A stretch of 64,000 nucleotides of DNA from Diplonema japonicum (Eukaryota; Protista; Euglenozoa: Diplonemea): the NCBI GenBank assembly GCA_964019335.1, contig OZ025683.1, forward strand, positions 434,001-498,000, written 5' to 3'. Within the stretch, counting starts at the first letter, position 1, and each line of letters opens with the position of its first letter. Made by a program: the position numbers and the translations under genes. Shown here in pieces: positions 1 to 13,500 of this stretch. Under the pieces are notes generated by a model that ran no database searches, was not told where the DNA came from, and saw nothing but the letters and a program-made list of their open reading frames with translations.

Positions 1-384
1 ATCACAAACGAAGCAGCGATACACCTATACCAAGAGACCCTAGGGTTCAAAGTCCATATGATAGATGAAGCCTATTACGGTGATGATGAGGACGCTTACG
101 AGATGAAGTTAATTTTCGACCATGATCCCTATGGTGCGACTGTGAAACAAATCAGTAAAAACCCTAGACATGACGGTATCCTCGAATGGCCCGAAATCAA
201 CCCCGAAGGCAAACTGAAGTACAACGATTACTACATTAACATGAAGAAGGAGGAAGCCGAGAGAGCCGCCACAGCCACCAGCAACAACACAGACACGAAC
301 AGCACCCCTCTCGTCACTTCTGACCTCCAAACTCCGTCTGGTCAGAACAGGTCCAAGAACAGGAAGAAGAAGAAGAAGAAGTAA
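1..384 (+). CDS. NAA10: N-terminal acetyltransferase NatA catalytic subunit (NAA10/ARD1-like), 3' part; 5' end outside window
   Basis: Frame is open from base 1: ITNEAAIHLYQETLGFKVHMIDEAYYGDDEDAYEMK. This matches the ARD1/NAA10 GNAT C-terminal signature (N.AA.HLY..TL.F......YY.D.EDAY.M). Confidence 0.8.
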   Translation: MTNEAAIHLYQETLGFKVHMIDEAYYGDDEDAYEMKLIFDHDPYGATVKQISKNPRHDGILEWPEINPEGKLKYNDYYINMKKEEAERAATATSNNTDTNSTPLVTSDLQTPSGQNRSKNRKKKKKK

Positions 385-829
385 GCAAATATGAGTTGCC
401 ATCAAATCCGAACGCCGGCGCGTATCCCCCCTCTCATCGGTTTTCTCCTCCGGGGCAATAGCTCAAGTTCCTTTTTTTTAATAAGAGTGCAGGAATAAAA
501 GACAACAGGCGCTTTTCCTTTTTTTCTTCTTCCCCACATTATTTCTTTTTCGTTGCCGAACCATTTATTTATCTTCTATTGGAACCAACCCCGCCAGTTC
601 TTAATACTTCTTTTTTTCTTACCCCCCCCCCCTCGTTCTTTTCTCTATTTCTCCATTTAGTGTGTATTATCAAAAACAATTTCTTCCCAGTCCCCAGAAA
701 CTGTTTTGCTTTTCTTTTTCTACCTTTTCTTTTTCTTTTTCTTTCTTTCTTCCATAGTGTGTTGTTTTCCCTTATTTAAATCCACACCCACTCTGTCGGT
801 ACTACAAAACACACTCAGGGGTGTGGGAG

Positions 830-2835
830 ATGAAGGTTTCTCTCGTCACCTTATCGTTGCTCGCAGTATGTCTGTGTGAAAGAGTGCGATGGCATGACAC
901 AAAGCAAGGAGTTTGCGTGGATAGACGAGGGAAATTCTACCACACGTTGAGGAAAAGGATATCTAAGGAGGAATGTTTTAAGAATGCTGAGTTCGACGGT
1001 CCCGGTCCTGGTGTAGAGGCTTTACTCATCGGTAAAGGTGGTTATTGCGATATCCTCGTTGACCCTGGGTTCCTTCCCATTTATTTTGGGAGACAAGGTT
1101 TCTGGCCTGTGAAACAGCCTACGGACATCGGGTTCGGACCTGTAGGCGGGAATATCACCATGGAGGGATGGGAGTGCTACCCTCAAGTGGAAGCTTGCAA
1201 TGTGAAAGAAAGAACGGGTAACGATTTCAAAATATGCGACAACGGAGACATTGTAGGACGGGATCCTTACAATAAGTGTAGATTTTACAACTGTGAAGTG
1301 GAAGAAACCGAGTCTCCGACCACCGACTCACCCTTCACAGCTAATCCTGCGCCTCCCGAGCCCCCTATCCCGGCAGCATGCGCGTGCGAAAAGGCAAGGC
1401 TTAAGGAGGACTTCCCCGAAACCAACTGGAGCTCGATTCCTTGGTACTGCGCAAAGATAAGCAGCAACGCAACCTCCATTTCATGCAGACCTATGGAGGT
1501 AGTCCCGACCACGGGCCTTCCCACAGGCTCCTGTCATGAAGGGTGGCTAGAGTGCCCCGGGTCTGTCGCTTCTTCAGTCCTCGATCCTGTCAATCTTGGT
1601 GCGCGTTGTGGTTGCGGGTTTTATTCCGGAAGGACCACCGCCTTTGAGTCCCTTTTGTGCATCGATCCCTCTGATAGCACAAAGGACAGCAAAGTTGGGA
1701 AGCTGTGCTCCCTCCCCTCTTCGACAGGCACCTGCGCACCTGGACTGGTTCCCTGCGGCAGCCCGCGTCTCCCAAGCATCTACTTCAACACTACTATCAA
1801 CGCTCTAGATGAGGGGTCCCCGGGATGGGAGTGGCGCATTAAGTCCAGGCTGAGCTACGCCATGTCAACGGACATGAAGAAGGTCGAGGTACGTTATCTA
1901 ATAACTCACTTTTTTACCACTACTTTTTTTTTCCTTCTTACTTGCAGCTACTCGGGATGTGCCCAAAGAGCGCATGTCCAGGTGGCAGATGCCCCCTCAC
2001 CATTGAACAGAGAATCAAAGCAAGGTACGTCCCCCCACCCCCCCAATCCACCCCCCTTCCCACAGGTGTATGTTCATGCGCTCACGGAACTCTATACCTC
2101 GGGATATGAGGGATGTCGAGTTCTATCTGACGATAAACGTGGTGATGGAAAGAGAGGTACCCCCCCTTTTTTTTTACTCGACACTTTATTTATTTTTCCC
2201 TTTTCCAGACGGAGCGAAGCAGAGCGATCGCTGAACTGGTCGGTGTGTACATGACAGGGTATCCTACTGTGATGTACGGGTACCTCGAGGAGCTGCACGT
2301 GGCGGGGATCACAATGGAGGACTCGTTGGTGGAAAATACGGGAGACGAGACTACAGCGGGTGGCGGCGGTGGGTCCAACCGTAGAAAATTCTTCTTCCTC
2401 CCTATCATACTGGTTGTTGCTCTGGTAGGGAGTGTGGCTGCGATCGCAATCCGGAAATGGAGGAAGCAAGCCCCACGAGACGACGGCTTGCACCACTTGA
2501 AAGAACACATGATGCATGAGATGAAGCCTGTTGTAGAGACTACTTACCAACCCCCAATTCCTTACATGCCTCTTCAGGCCCAGCCCCCAGCTGTCTTCAC
2601 AAAGGTTGACAATTTCACTATATCAGCCGTTCAGGTTAAAGCCTCGGCGGCTCGTGTTGAAGACTGGCGAACGAACCGAGTTTCATCCATTCCCCCTGAC
2701 AGAGACCCAGCCCTGCCCCTGGGAGAGTCCTCAGGGATCGATCCTGCTCCGGTTGCATCTGCAAAGATCCTTGATGAACCTGAACCTTCTCTTCTTTCTA
2801 ACACGACTAGCTCCGATGTTGAAATGGCCATATAG
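830..2835 (+). CDS. Cys-rich type I membrane protein (signal peptide, single TM, cytoplasmic tail); introns 1889-1947, 2025-2065, 2157-2208
   Basis: N-terminal MKVSLVTLSLLAVCLC signal, Cys-rich modules and TM FFFLPIILVVALVGSVAAIAI followed by RKWRK. Three GT-AG introns join ORF 821-2254 in frame to ORF 2245-2835. Confidence 0.75.
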
Positions 2836-3401
2836 GGGGATCCACCCCTGGGTGAGGAGAAAAAAAAAAAAAAAAGAGGGGGGGAAATAAAGAGATGCTT
2901 GTCTGTATCCCCGCCTCCTGGGGTGTGGTCTGGAACTATTTTGCGAGGATATAATTCATTTTGATTTATCTGCTTTCTATAGTCCCACCCGAGTATTGCT
3001 CACCGTTTTTTTTTTTTTTTTCTTGGTGCCCCTACTCTCGGTTTCCCTTTTCTGTCTCTGTTGCCGACACCTCTTTTTTTTTTCTTCTTTTGCTCTTCTA
3101 AGTAGGTGGAAATAAGTAAATGAAAATAGTATTCTGAATTATTTCTTCTTCTTCCTTTTATCCTCCACGTACTCCTGAAGGGGGGGGGGGGGGGAAGAAA
3201 ACGGGTAAAAAAAAAAGAAAAAGAAAAAAGAAAAAATCGAGTAAAGCAGTATTGTATTCACATTTGGCCATATTCCCCTTCCCTCTCCCTTATTTTCTCT
3301 ACTTTCTTCTACCCACTGTTCACCCCCTAATTTTTGATGTGCTAAGGAGTCAAAAGTTATGAAAGAAGCAAAAGAAAAAGGGAGAAAAAAAAATGAAGGG
3401 G

Positions 3402-3439
<38 letters not shown>

Positions 3440-3828
3440 GTGTGTATCATTGTGTTTTTACTTTCTTGTTTTTGTTCCTTTTCTCCCCTCCCTCCCTTCC
3501 CTTTAATTTTTTCCTCTTTTTTTTAAATAAGAAATAGAACCCTCCCCCCTTTATGTTTGTTTGCTCAAGATACAGAATCTGCCGCGGTGTCTCAAAATGA
3601 GAAAAAAAAGGGGGGTAAGGGAGAACATAATTTTTTAGAAGCAAAATATTTCTTTTGGTCTCTAAAAAATAATAAACCTCTCTCTCTCTCCCCAAGAAGA
3701 GGAAGAGAAGAAGAAGAAGAAGAAGAATAGTCACTCCTGGAGTTGTTCCCTACGTACGCTCACACACGGGAAGCTGTAGAACGGTATTCTCTCTCTTTTT
3801 TTTGTATCTAAAGCACCCCCTCTCTTCC

Positions 3829-3863
<35 letters not shown>

Positions 3864-5207
3864 GCAAGAACAAGCCATCTTGTTTTTTTTTTTCTTTCAA
3901 ATCCTGATTGCCTGACTGTGTGACGTTGTCAAGCAACATCTCAGGCTGACCAAGAAGAAAAAAAAAAAAAAAAAAGAGAAGAAAAGGAGGGGGGAAGAGG
4001 TCTTTGCCCAATTATCAACTGAAGAAGAAGCAAAAAAATAAAAAAGAAAAGGGAAAGGAAGAAAGAACCTTACGAGAAAAATAATAATTTCTAAAAGTTT
4101 TTTTTTTTTTGAAACACAGACAGTACTTACTTTATGGCAACATAGGTGAAGGGCAATACAAGTGAAATAGAGCTACAACTCATTTTATTGTAGCTATCAA
4201 AAAAGAAAGCTGACAGCGATATAGCGATATATAGGAAGTACCTACCTACTATGTTCTAGAGGTAAGTATGCGTTACAGTAATCTTCTTTATTACAAGAAA
4301 AAGAATGTTTGCAGCTGCTGCCGAGGCATAAAGAGCCTTCAATTACTGTTTGAGATGAACACAGACTCTTTATATATTTTTATTTTTATTTTTTTTCTTT
4401 TATTTGATTGTGTGTTTTTGGTTTTTTTTTTTTTTTTTTGTTTTTTTTTCAATGGCGCTTTTAGCACTTCCCATCAAATCGTACGCTGGAAAAAGGTAAA
4501 AGCATAAAAAGGGGGGGGGGGGGGGGGTAGTGGGCAAAGAGAGTAGGGGGGAAAAAAAAGAATTGAAATGAAGAACAAAAAAAAAAAAAGAAGAAGAAAA
4601 ATGAACATAGGAACCGGTGCTAAAGGGGAAATCCTGAATCTTTTTGGGATTTCTTTTTTATTTTTTATTCCCCCCCCTTTCCCCCTCTTTATTTGATTCA
4701 CAAAAAAAGGCAACAAAAAGAGGAAGAAAGAAAAAAAAAGAAAAGGGGGAGGTGTGTGTGTGTGTGTGTGTGTAAGAAGAAGAAAAAGAAGGAAACATTA
4801 GATTTTTTTTTCTTTCCAAAAAAAAAAAAAAAAAAAAAAAAAAGAGAGAGCGGGTTTCTTCTTTTTCTCGTTCTTCTTCTTTTTCTCCCCTCTGTCTCTC
4901 TGTATTTCTTCTTTTTACCTTTTGGTTTAAAAGTCTGATTTTTTTTTTTTTTTTTTATATCCTCCCTTGTGCAGAAAGCGTGCAATCTAGTCTGGATCTC
5001 TCGTGACTATCCTCACCAAACAGCAGCACTGCAAAATCTTTCCTTTTTATTCAGCGCGAAACCCACGTGTTTTCACTGCCTGTGTCCCTTTCCTCTTTTT
5101 TTAAAAAAAAAAAAATCTCTTTTTTTCTTCTCTTTTTTTTTCCAGTTCCACACCCCGTCCTCTTTCTGCTCTTAAGGGGGAAAAAAATTTTTTAAAAAGG
5201 CATTTAA

Positions 5208-7011
5208 CCATCTACCAACGGACCATTTTTGCCCACCAGGGGGTAAATTTTCAAAACTTCAAAAAAAGCTATTCCAGCGCAACGCCGGGGCTATATGCCC
5301 CCGGAAATGCCTCCAGATGTCCCAATTCTAGAGAGAGGGTGCCCACAGCAGGGTCCACCCCCACAACATTGTCAAAAATATCGTTCCTGAAGTGCCCGAG
5401 AGGGGATACAAAAAACAAGTCAAAAAAAATCGACTGTAAAATTCTATAAAAAGCTATTTAAGGCCTTCTTGACGCGGTTCGTATGTGCCCCAGGGCTGGG
5501 GGACTTCTTTTTTGACCCCGGGAGGGGTTTCTGGGGGGTATCCCCGGCAAGGTGGTAGTCTTTGAAGCACGGAGTCACGCAAAGTTGTACCAAGCAGGCT
5601 GAACACTGAAATAGGGGTCTTTTCGACTTGCAATGCTTGCACCGCACGTTGCACTACTTTTTCGGGGAAATGGTCCCAGAAGGTACTGTCACGGCGCATT
5701 GGGGTCTCAGAGCACTCGTTCTGTGTTTCGGGGCATGGTATTGGGGCAGCCTGCTCTGTAGTTGACTTTATCTGTTGTTTAGACTGCCTCCCTAGTAGCC
5801 CTTCGATGACTGCCTCTTTGAAAGGCGTAAATCCACTGTCGTTCGTACTCAGGGCGTTGGGGGGCAAGGCTTCTTTCCAAACATGCCAAGCATTCGCCAG
5901 AGATTTACCTAACAAGTACAAAAATACTTTTAGGGGCCACTTTTAAGTCATAAGGGAGCGTTTATGGTGTTTTGTCACAGCATCACCCAGCGTCGGTTCC
6001 GCCCATTGTGGTGTTGTAAATATGCACTTGGTGGGGAGCGGGATGTCCTTTCCGGCTTTCATTCTCTTTTGGCGGACACGTCAAATTCGACTTCACCGGA
6101 ACATCCAACGTCGATAGAAAGCACGCTGGCATGATGTCATGCCACGTTGTGGTGCAAAGGATGCTCGCGTGCTGGTGGAACTGGGTGTCCCCACGGGATG
6201 CGCGTCCTTGGCATGCGGCCTCGCTTCTTTGGGGCATCCATGATCTCCGGGAGGCCTTTGCGATAAGTAGAAGTTAGCACGCTTGTTTGTTTCGCTGTGG
6301 AAACACAGATTTCCCAGAATAGTCAAAAAGCGGTCTCTTGACATGACGGTGGCGTACCCAGGGGTGTAGTTGAGAGACGTGGAGCCAGTGTGCCAGTAAT
6401 CAGAATAATCTGGCTTGATATCCAAGTCCATCGACAAAAGGGCACCTAGGAAGGTATGCAGAGAAGCAGCATCGAGATCCAGGGAGACACCTTTTTTAGC
6501 CGCATTTGCCACATTGTTCGAAGTTATGACCCGAATAACGTTTGGGACGAGCATTTGGAGAATATATGGTATGGCATTGAGCCTTTGATGTCAAAACAGG
6601 GTCCACAAGGATTTCGATCTTCACGAAACCGGATGCCTTCCAACTGCTCCGGCTTTGCCGTCCAATCACCCTGCTGTGACTCGGAATCGGTCGAATTCGT
6701 ATCAGAACCACTGTTTGTATCAAAATTGCATAATAGGGATGAGCCATCAGTGCTGCCATCACTCATAACGTCCTCTTCCAGCCTCTTTCCGGGCGCCTTT
6801 TTTTGAAGTGATTTTTAAGGGTAAATTTGGGCTGGCGTTTTTTTTCATTTTTTCATTTTCTTGTTAAGTTAGGGCAGCATTTAGTTTATTTTTTTCATAT
6901 TTTCCGCGCAGGACCCCGCCGGCAAGAAAGGGCCGGGCCGTATTGCATTGAAAGCCCTTTGCGTAAAAGATTTTTTTTCAAATCGTCTATATATAGACGC
7001 TCGTTGATAGA

Positions 7012-7014
<3 letters not shown>
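5208..7014 (-). mobile_element. piggyBac-superfamily DNA transposon, internally deleted and non-autonomous (element 1)
   Basis: TTAA at 5204-5207 and 7015-7018. 13-bp TIRs CCATCTACCAACG / CGTTGATAGATGG (1 mismatch). Minus-strand transposase fragments: DYW..MSRDRF..IL, YNTTMGGTD, LANAW, and C-terminal CKHC..QCSAC.VQLC..PCFKDYH. Confidence 0.92.
5444..6766 (-). pseudogene. piggyBac transposase pseudogene of element 1
   Basis: Motifs are spread over several frames (6524-6766, 6093-6554, 5983-6237, 5454-5921, 5444-5647) with stops. The central core carrying the first two catalytic Asp motifs is missing. Confidence 0.88.
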
Positions 7015-7051
<37 letters not shown>

Positions 7052-7801
7052 CTCATTTCTCACAAGGAGCGTCGGTTTATTTAGACAGCGGGCACTCGGC
7101 TAGGAAAGTCGGTATTCGGTAATAGTTTAACCACTGATTGAAACCGGCCCTCGGAAGTTGCTGAGTGGGTATGAGAGTAGTCTACAATAGGAGGGAGAGA
7201 AAAAAAATGGGGGAAGGAAAGAAAAAAAAGAGAAAATAAAAAAAAAAAAGAGAAACTAGTGGCTCAGTACCCATTACCTGTACTTTTTTCTTCTTTTTTT
7301 TTCTTTTTTTTTCCTTGGGATCAGGCTTTTCTCTCCTGAGGTATTCAATAAGCTTCATGCGGTTGCTTTTGTTATTTTAATCCCAAAAAAAAGAAAGAAA
7401 GAAAAAGGGGAAAAAAAAAAAGAAAGGGGGTATGAAAGCTAGAGAGTCCCTCCCCCTCTTAGTGATATTCCTTCCTGTGACTCGCCCCCCTTCTTTTTTT
7501 TCTTTTTTTTTTTATTACCCCTCCCTGAATGTTAAAATTAAGGGGATTTAAGGTTTTCCCACCCCCCCCCCCATTCCTCCGGTCCTTTGTTTTATATTAG
7601 TTTCCCCTTTCTTTCGTTTTTTTTTTTTCCTTCACATCCCGTAAGCATCAACAAACAGTTTCTCCCCCCCCCCCTTTTTTTTGTTATTTCGTTCAACTGA
7701 TCCCCCCTCTCTTGCACTCCTTTTTTTTTGTTCGTATTACCTTCCGTTGTTCTGGTTTTCTCTCTCCACCCACCTACTCTATTTTTTTATTTTTTTTTTA
7801 T

Positions 7802-9019
7802 CCCCTAAACGCCCGGAGCCTATCTACGGTACCCCCCCCATTTTCGTTGTTGCTTTAAATACTCAAAAGAAGGGCAGCATGCAACCATAGGAAGGTGCAA
7901 GGAAAGGGTAAACGGTACTAAAATTTTCAATTCCAGGTGCCAGATTCAGATGAGAACACTTAACTATGTGTGTAAGAGGGGGATTGAAGGTGTACTTTTT
8001 GTATGTCCGATTTTGGGGGGTCTTGTCGTGGGGGGTCTGTGGAGTTATGGCTGGGCTAAAAAGGGCAGCGTTCAGCCCTATTTGGTGCCCTGAACTCTAG
8101 GATTGAGGTCAGTCTGGAGACTTTTTGGGGCTGTGGGATGAAAAAAGCAACTTGTGAGTTTTTCTTCCAGCTGGGGTAGCATGCAAGGGTAAAAAACACG
8201 TTTTGCATAAGGGGGTTTTGCAACAGGGGCACCACGTTTGCACCTTCTTCCCGCACCCAGGAACAGCATAGAGCACCCTCCTCACCTTCGTTCCGTTCAT
8301 CATGGTCTCGGAGGTGTGATTTAGGGTAAAATCGAGACGTTTTGGGTATTTCTGAGTGAGGGAATCCTCATTGCTAGCGTGTTTGCGCTTGGGGGTCGGT
8401 GACGGTGTTGTCGGGGGGTGTGTGCTATCGGTTTTTGGGGCATGGGTGAGAAGCTTGCCAACAAGTTCTTCTATGAAGCTCGGGAAGCCATTATTTTTGC
8501 CACATTCCCTGCTGTTCTTCCAGATTATGGAGGAGTTGGCAACACAGCTTTCCAGGACCCAATAAAAAACGACCATGGTCCACTTCCGGGTTTTCATATG
8601 CCGAACTCCAGTCCCCTGGAGCTGGTCTTGCCGGTCAGGGGTCGACAGCAAACCCTTAGGAGTCGACAGTACGCATGACTAGGTCCTGTGTTGTGGACTT
8701 CTTGCTGAAAATGTTGAAATTCGCCAGGTAACAGTTTTATGAGTCGCATGTAGCGATTACCTTGATGCCCACCGAGTTGCTTTTTCGTGGTGCCATGACT
8801 TTTATTGTTGTCGGGATAACACTGTCGTCAACAGACAACCACTTGCCAGGGGTCCGCACAGTCCTACACCGGTTGACAATGATGTCAAGAAAACTGCGCA
8901 TGAGGTGCAGTTTCAGGCCTTCCAAATGTTTTCCAGGTTGTCAAAGGTAAAAAAAAAGTACTTAGCGAAAAAGCAAATTTTGAAATAAGGACAAAAACGT
9001 CCGCGCGGGCGTTTAGGGG
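7802..9019 (-). mobile_element. Second, distinct piggyBac-type element (internally deleted) with TTAT target-site duplication
   Basis: Perfect 14-bp TIRs CCCCTAAACGCCCG (7802-7815) / CGGGCGTTTAGGGG (9006-9019), flanked by TTAT at 7798-7801 and 9020-9023. Transposase remnants: PGKWLSVDDSVIP..GIKV, RKWTMVVFYWVLESCVANS, and Cys-rich WCPCCKTPLCKTCF. Confidence 0.88.
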
Positions 9020-9085
9020 TTATTCTAAATTTCCATTTTGCCAAAAAAAAAGGGGGGGGGGAAAAAGAAGAAAAAAAAAGATGAT

Positions 9086-9538
9086 ATGAACATGTCTGGC
9101 CGTCAACTTCAAATGCCTGTGGGAAGGCCTATGCCACGTCTGTTGCCGGAGCTCAGCCCCCCAAGGGGGAAGGGTTTTACACGGGTTCCTGTGGGGATGT
9201 CACTGGGAGAACCTATTAAGCCTTTAACACCGCGTGTAGAGTCCCGGACCTCCTTGTTGTCGCCTGCTGTCAATGGTGACCTGATGGGCAGTGTCAGGAC
9301 CCCACGGGAGGGCTTTGTCTATGCGCCCATCTCGTCACCAGCCAGTTCACCACGAGCGCATCAATGCACTGACTGCGAACACCTGCAAAGACTGGCCAAG
9401 GTCGTCCACACCTTAGACATCAGACTTCACAGCAAAGAAGCTGATCTTGCTATGCGCAAGAAGGAACTTGATGCACGAGAGCAACGTCTACGGGATTGGG
9501 AGGCTGAGCTGGCCGCCCGGTCCGGAGGCAAATCTTGA
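9086..9538 (+). CDS. Small hypothetical protein, Pro/Ser-rich N-terminus and C-terminal coiled coil
   Basis: Homopolymer-free ORF with CxxC followed by the coiled-coil-like KEADLAMRKKELDAREQRLRDWEAEL. The start is uncertain. Confidence 0.6.
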   Translation: MNMSGRQLQMPVGRPMPRLLPELSPPRGKGFTRVPVGMSLGEPIKPLTPRVESRTSLLSPAVNGDLMGSVRTPREGFVYAPISSPASSPRAHQCTDCEHLQRLAKVVHTLDIRLHSKEADLAMRKKELDAREQRLRDWEAELAARSGGKS

Positions 9539-9814
9539 GATGCTTAATTGTGTTGATTCACCCCCCCCCCAAAAAAATAGAACGAATAAAGTTTCCCCCC
9601 CCCAATGAAAATGAAAAATCAGTTTTGAGTTAGTTTCGTGTCAATTTTTTTTTTTTTTTTTTTTTTTTTCCCTCCTGTAGAGCGGGGGAAAAAAAAAAGG
9701 GAAAAAAAAAAGTGGGGGCGGGAGGTGGGGGAAAAAAGGCTGTTCGCGGATATTTAGGGAGGGGAAATAATGAGAAGGGGTGATTATGCATTTCTTCTTC
9801 TTTTTTTTTGTTCC

Positions 9815-9861
<47 letters not shown>

Positions 9862-10556
9862 CCAGCCAAACATTTTTTTCCTCTACCCATTCTTTCCCCC
9901 CAGCAAAAAAAATGAAAAGAGAAAAAGAAAGGGGGCTGCATTAGGTGAACTAATTCTGTCTACCTAGTCCATAAAACCCTTGTTTTTTTTCTAAACAACT
10001 AGTTTTGTGCAGGTCGGGGATAGTTCCTATGAAGAAGGTTGGAATTACCTCATTACTACATTTGCTCTACGACAATAATTGCTAAGTGCGAAAAAAGAGA
10101 AAGAAGAAAAAAAAAAAAAAAAAAAAAGAGGGGTGAACTAAAAGGTAACCGTATATGCAGCTAATGCAAAAAAAAGGGCTTCCTTGCTCTTTGTCCCCCC
10201 TCCCCCCACTGTACTCAAACGGAGGGGGGAACTTTTTTTTTGTCAAATGTTAAAAATCGCAAACACCAGAAAGTATTTTATTAGCTGCTTTATACCACCC
10301 CTTTCCCTGAAACAAGAGAAGAAGGCTTTCCCTCCCCCCCCATCCCTCTTCTACTTTTCTCTGTTTCTTCCCCCTTTTTTTCCCCACCCTTCTCCCTTCT
10401 CTCCTTCACACATCTTCTATTGCCTTAGACAAGAGTCTGCACGGGTTCCATATATCGCACCCCCAACAAAAAAAAAAAAAAAGAAAGAAAGCCGTCCGCA
10501 AGTGGACATGAGACTGTTCATCCACCCTTTTTTTTTTATGTCCTCAACACAAGAGC

Positions 10557-13500
10557 ATGTACAGGGGTTGGTCTAACATGAAGGCAAGGCGTACCAAGAA
10601 CAGCCCGCGTCCCAGCTCGGAGTGCAATGTGACCGTTGCTGTGCGGGTGAGGCCGGTGGTGGTGGCGGGGAACCGTCGGGAGGAAGGAGAGCAGACGTCT
10701 GTCTCTGTTGAGGGGAACAGCGTGACGATCGTGGACCCCTCTGACCGCGCAAGGGGGAAGCGCACCTTTACTTACGACTACGCATTTGACTCCTTGTCAC
10801 CAAGCGACACCCCTTCCTTCGCCAGCCAGCTCTCGATCTTCAACACCATAGGGCAGACCACCCTCTCCCACGCCTTCCAAGGATACAACGCCTGCATTTT
10901 TGCATACGGCCAGACCTCCTCCGGCAAGACCTACACCATGTTCGGCCTTGACGGTGTGTCCCTGTACAGCAAGGGGTCCTCCCTCCACGAGGAGGTGGGC
11001 CTCATCCCCCGCATCTGCCTCGAGCTCTTTGAAAAAGCGCAACGCGAAGTCGACAGCAGCACCAAGCAAGGCTTCCCCACCTCATACAGAGTGGAGGTCA
11101 GCAACTACGAGGTTTACAATGAAAGGGTTTACGACCTACTTGGTGCGCAGGAGCACGCACTCAAAGTGAGGGAGCACCCCAGTAGAGGGCCTTACGTAGA
11201 GGGCCTTCAGAAGTATCCCGTGAAGTCCTACACAGAGATCGAGAGATACCTCAAAAAGGGTGCCAAAAGCCGACACACAGCCTCAACTCTGATGAACGAC
11301 CACAGCAGCAGGTCCCACGCTGTGTGCGAGGTGGTGCTGACGGCAAGCAAGTTCGACCCGCTGGACGGTGACATACAAGAGACAAGTTCGAAGCTGGAGC
11401 TGGTGGACCTTGCGGGGTCGGAGAGGTCTGCCGCTGCTGGGACGGAGGGCGAGCGGCTGAAGGAGGGAGCCAACATCAACAAGTCGCTGCTGACGTTGGG
11501 AAATGTGATCGAGACGCTTGCTTCGAAGAATGACAAGAGAAGCAAAGCTCGCTTCGTGCAGTACAGAGACAGCACCCTCACGTGGCTCCTCAGGGAGGCA
11601 CTGGGGGGGAACTCCAGGACAGTCATGATGGCGGCACTCTCTCCCAGCGCGCTGAACTATGAGGAGAGCCTCTCGACACTGAAGTACGCAGACAGGGCGA
11701 AGAAGATCAAGAACATGGCCACCATCAACCGTGACTCAAAGAAGGCTATCATCCTACACCTCAGAGAGGAGATCGCGATGCTGCGGGCGGAACTAGAGAA
11801 AGAGCAGCTCCACCCGCGCAGGAGGAGCATCACACACATGGAGGAGTCGCTGAACGCTCTTAGCATCTCACAAGCCACACCTTACCTCTTGCAAGTGCAG
11901 CCGCTGCCTGCATTGCACGACGCTGTGGTGTATTGGTTGGAAAAGGGTGCCACGTACATCTCATGCGCAGACCACACAGACCTCACGAACAGCACCGACA
12001 CACATCCCAATGCAACTCGCACCATACAGCTCCCCAACAGCAGGAGCGTCGACCCCCACCACGCGTTGCTTGTCAACAACGGTGACGAAGTTGTGCTGCA
12101 AGCCACCTACGGTGCGCCCTACACAGGGGACACAGAGACGGCCGTCAAAGAAGTCCAGAACAAGGTGATTGTCGACGACTGCTTCATCGAGCCACAGCAA
12201 CAGGCGCCCCTCTCGTGTGGGACACGCATCAGGATCGGCATGTACGAGTTCCTGTACTGCGACCCAGAGAACGTAGACGAGATCATCAGCATGAACCACG
12301 CTATCACCAAGATGGAGAGGAGGAACGAGGCACGAACCGCAGGCCGCCAGAAAATCTCGAAACGTGTACAGCGCATTCTCAGCGACGGCGGTGTCGTCAT
12401 GAGTGAGCTCGAACCGGATGAGCAGCTGGGCAGAGACGGCTCTTACGACGGGGAAATCGTGCTGGTTAGGACGCCACTGGTATGCACAATTATACCCACA
12501 CACTACATCTAGGGGCCTACTGCGTATGTGTGGAATCAAGGCGAGGGTGTGTGGGATGTAGGCGAGGACACTTTTCAAGCGGAGATCGCAGCCATGCACA
12601 TTGTGGACCAAAGCAGGAGGAAAACAGCGGTGGCTCGTAGGTTCCAAGGCACCTTGGGGGACGAGCTACTTAATACACTTCCTTCAGAGAAAGACTTGGG
12701 CAAGCCCGGCAAGAAAGACCAGCAAACCCGCCTTGTGAAGTCACCGCGCACCGGTGTGAAGGTGGTACAGTGGGACAAAGCAAAAGAAAAATGGGTGCGG
12801 GCGCCAGATGCTGTCGCGGAGCAGTCTGTACAGGAGTACGTAGAACGCCACCGCAGCGCAAGCAACAGCAAAGCCACCGCAAGCAAAGTGGTATGCACGG
12901 CTCTCCTTTGAAAAAACACCTCCACAGGTAGAGCTGCAGGGCATGCTTGCAACATATGCCGAAGAGGCAGAGCAGAAAGACACGATGTTGGAGGACCACA
13001 AGAACATGGCGGCACAGGAACTCGCGAGGCTCCGGGTATGTAAAGGAGTACCTCGCACAGCACCTCACAGGACATGCACGAGCAGCAAGCTGAAGAGTGG
13101 GAGAGAAAGGAGCTGGAGTTCCAGAACATAAGAGAAGTGGTATGCAGCGATATCAAATCAACGCACACAGTTGGAGCGTAACATTCAAGAAGCTGAGTAC
13201 CAGCGAAGTGCGGCTGACAACATGCACGAGCTGTGCCTTGCTGCCAAGGACAAAGCCATCTCGAAGATGACAGCACTGCAGAGCGAGTACTCCACACTTG
13301 AGATCGAGTACAAGGGGTTGAAGGGGGTCCACACAGAGCTACAGGAAGAGCAAGCCACATGGATCTCTGAAAAGGCTTCGCTGGAAGAAAAGCTCCGACG
13401 TGCTGTGCAGCAGGAATCACCTGTGCCTTCCCCTAAGCCCACAACAGAGCAGCTGAGCACGCTGGAGTCTACAGTGAAGACCCTGAACGACTCCAAGACC

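Noticed and set aside
2836-5200. Many short ORFs in the track (poly-F, poly-K, poly-P)
   Set aside because: They are translations of homopolymer runs. I could not assemble a spliced gene on either strand.
12510-12512. In-frame TAG in kinesin suggesting stop readthrough or an alternative genetic code
   Set aside because: The TAG is the acceptor of a 33-nt GTATG intron, and all genes end in standard stops.
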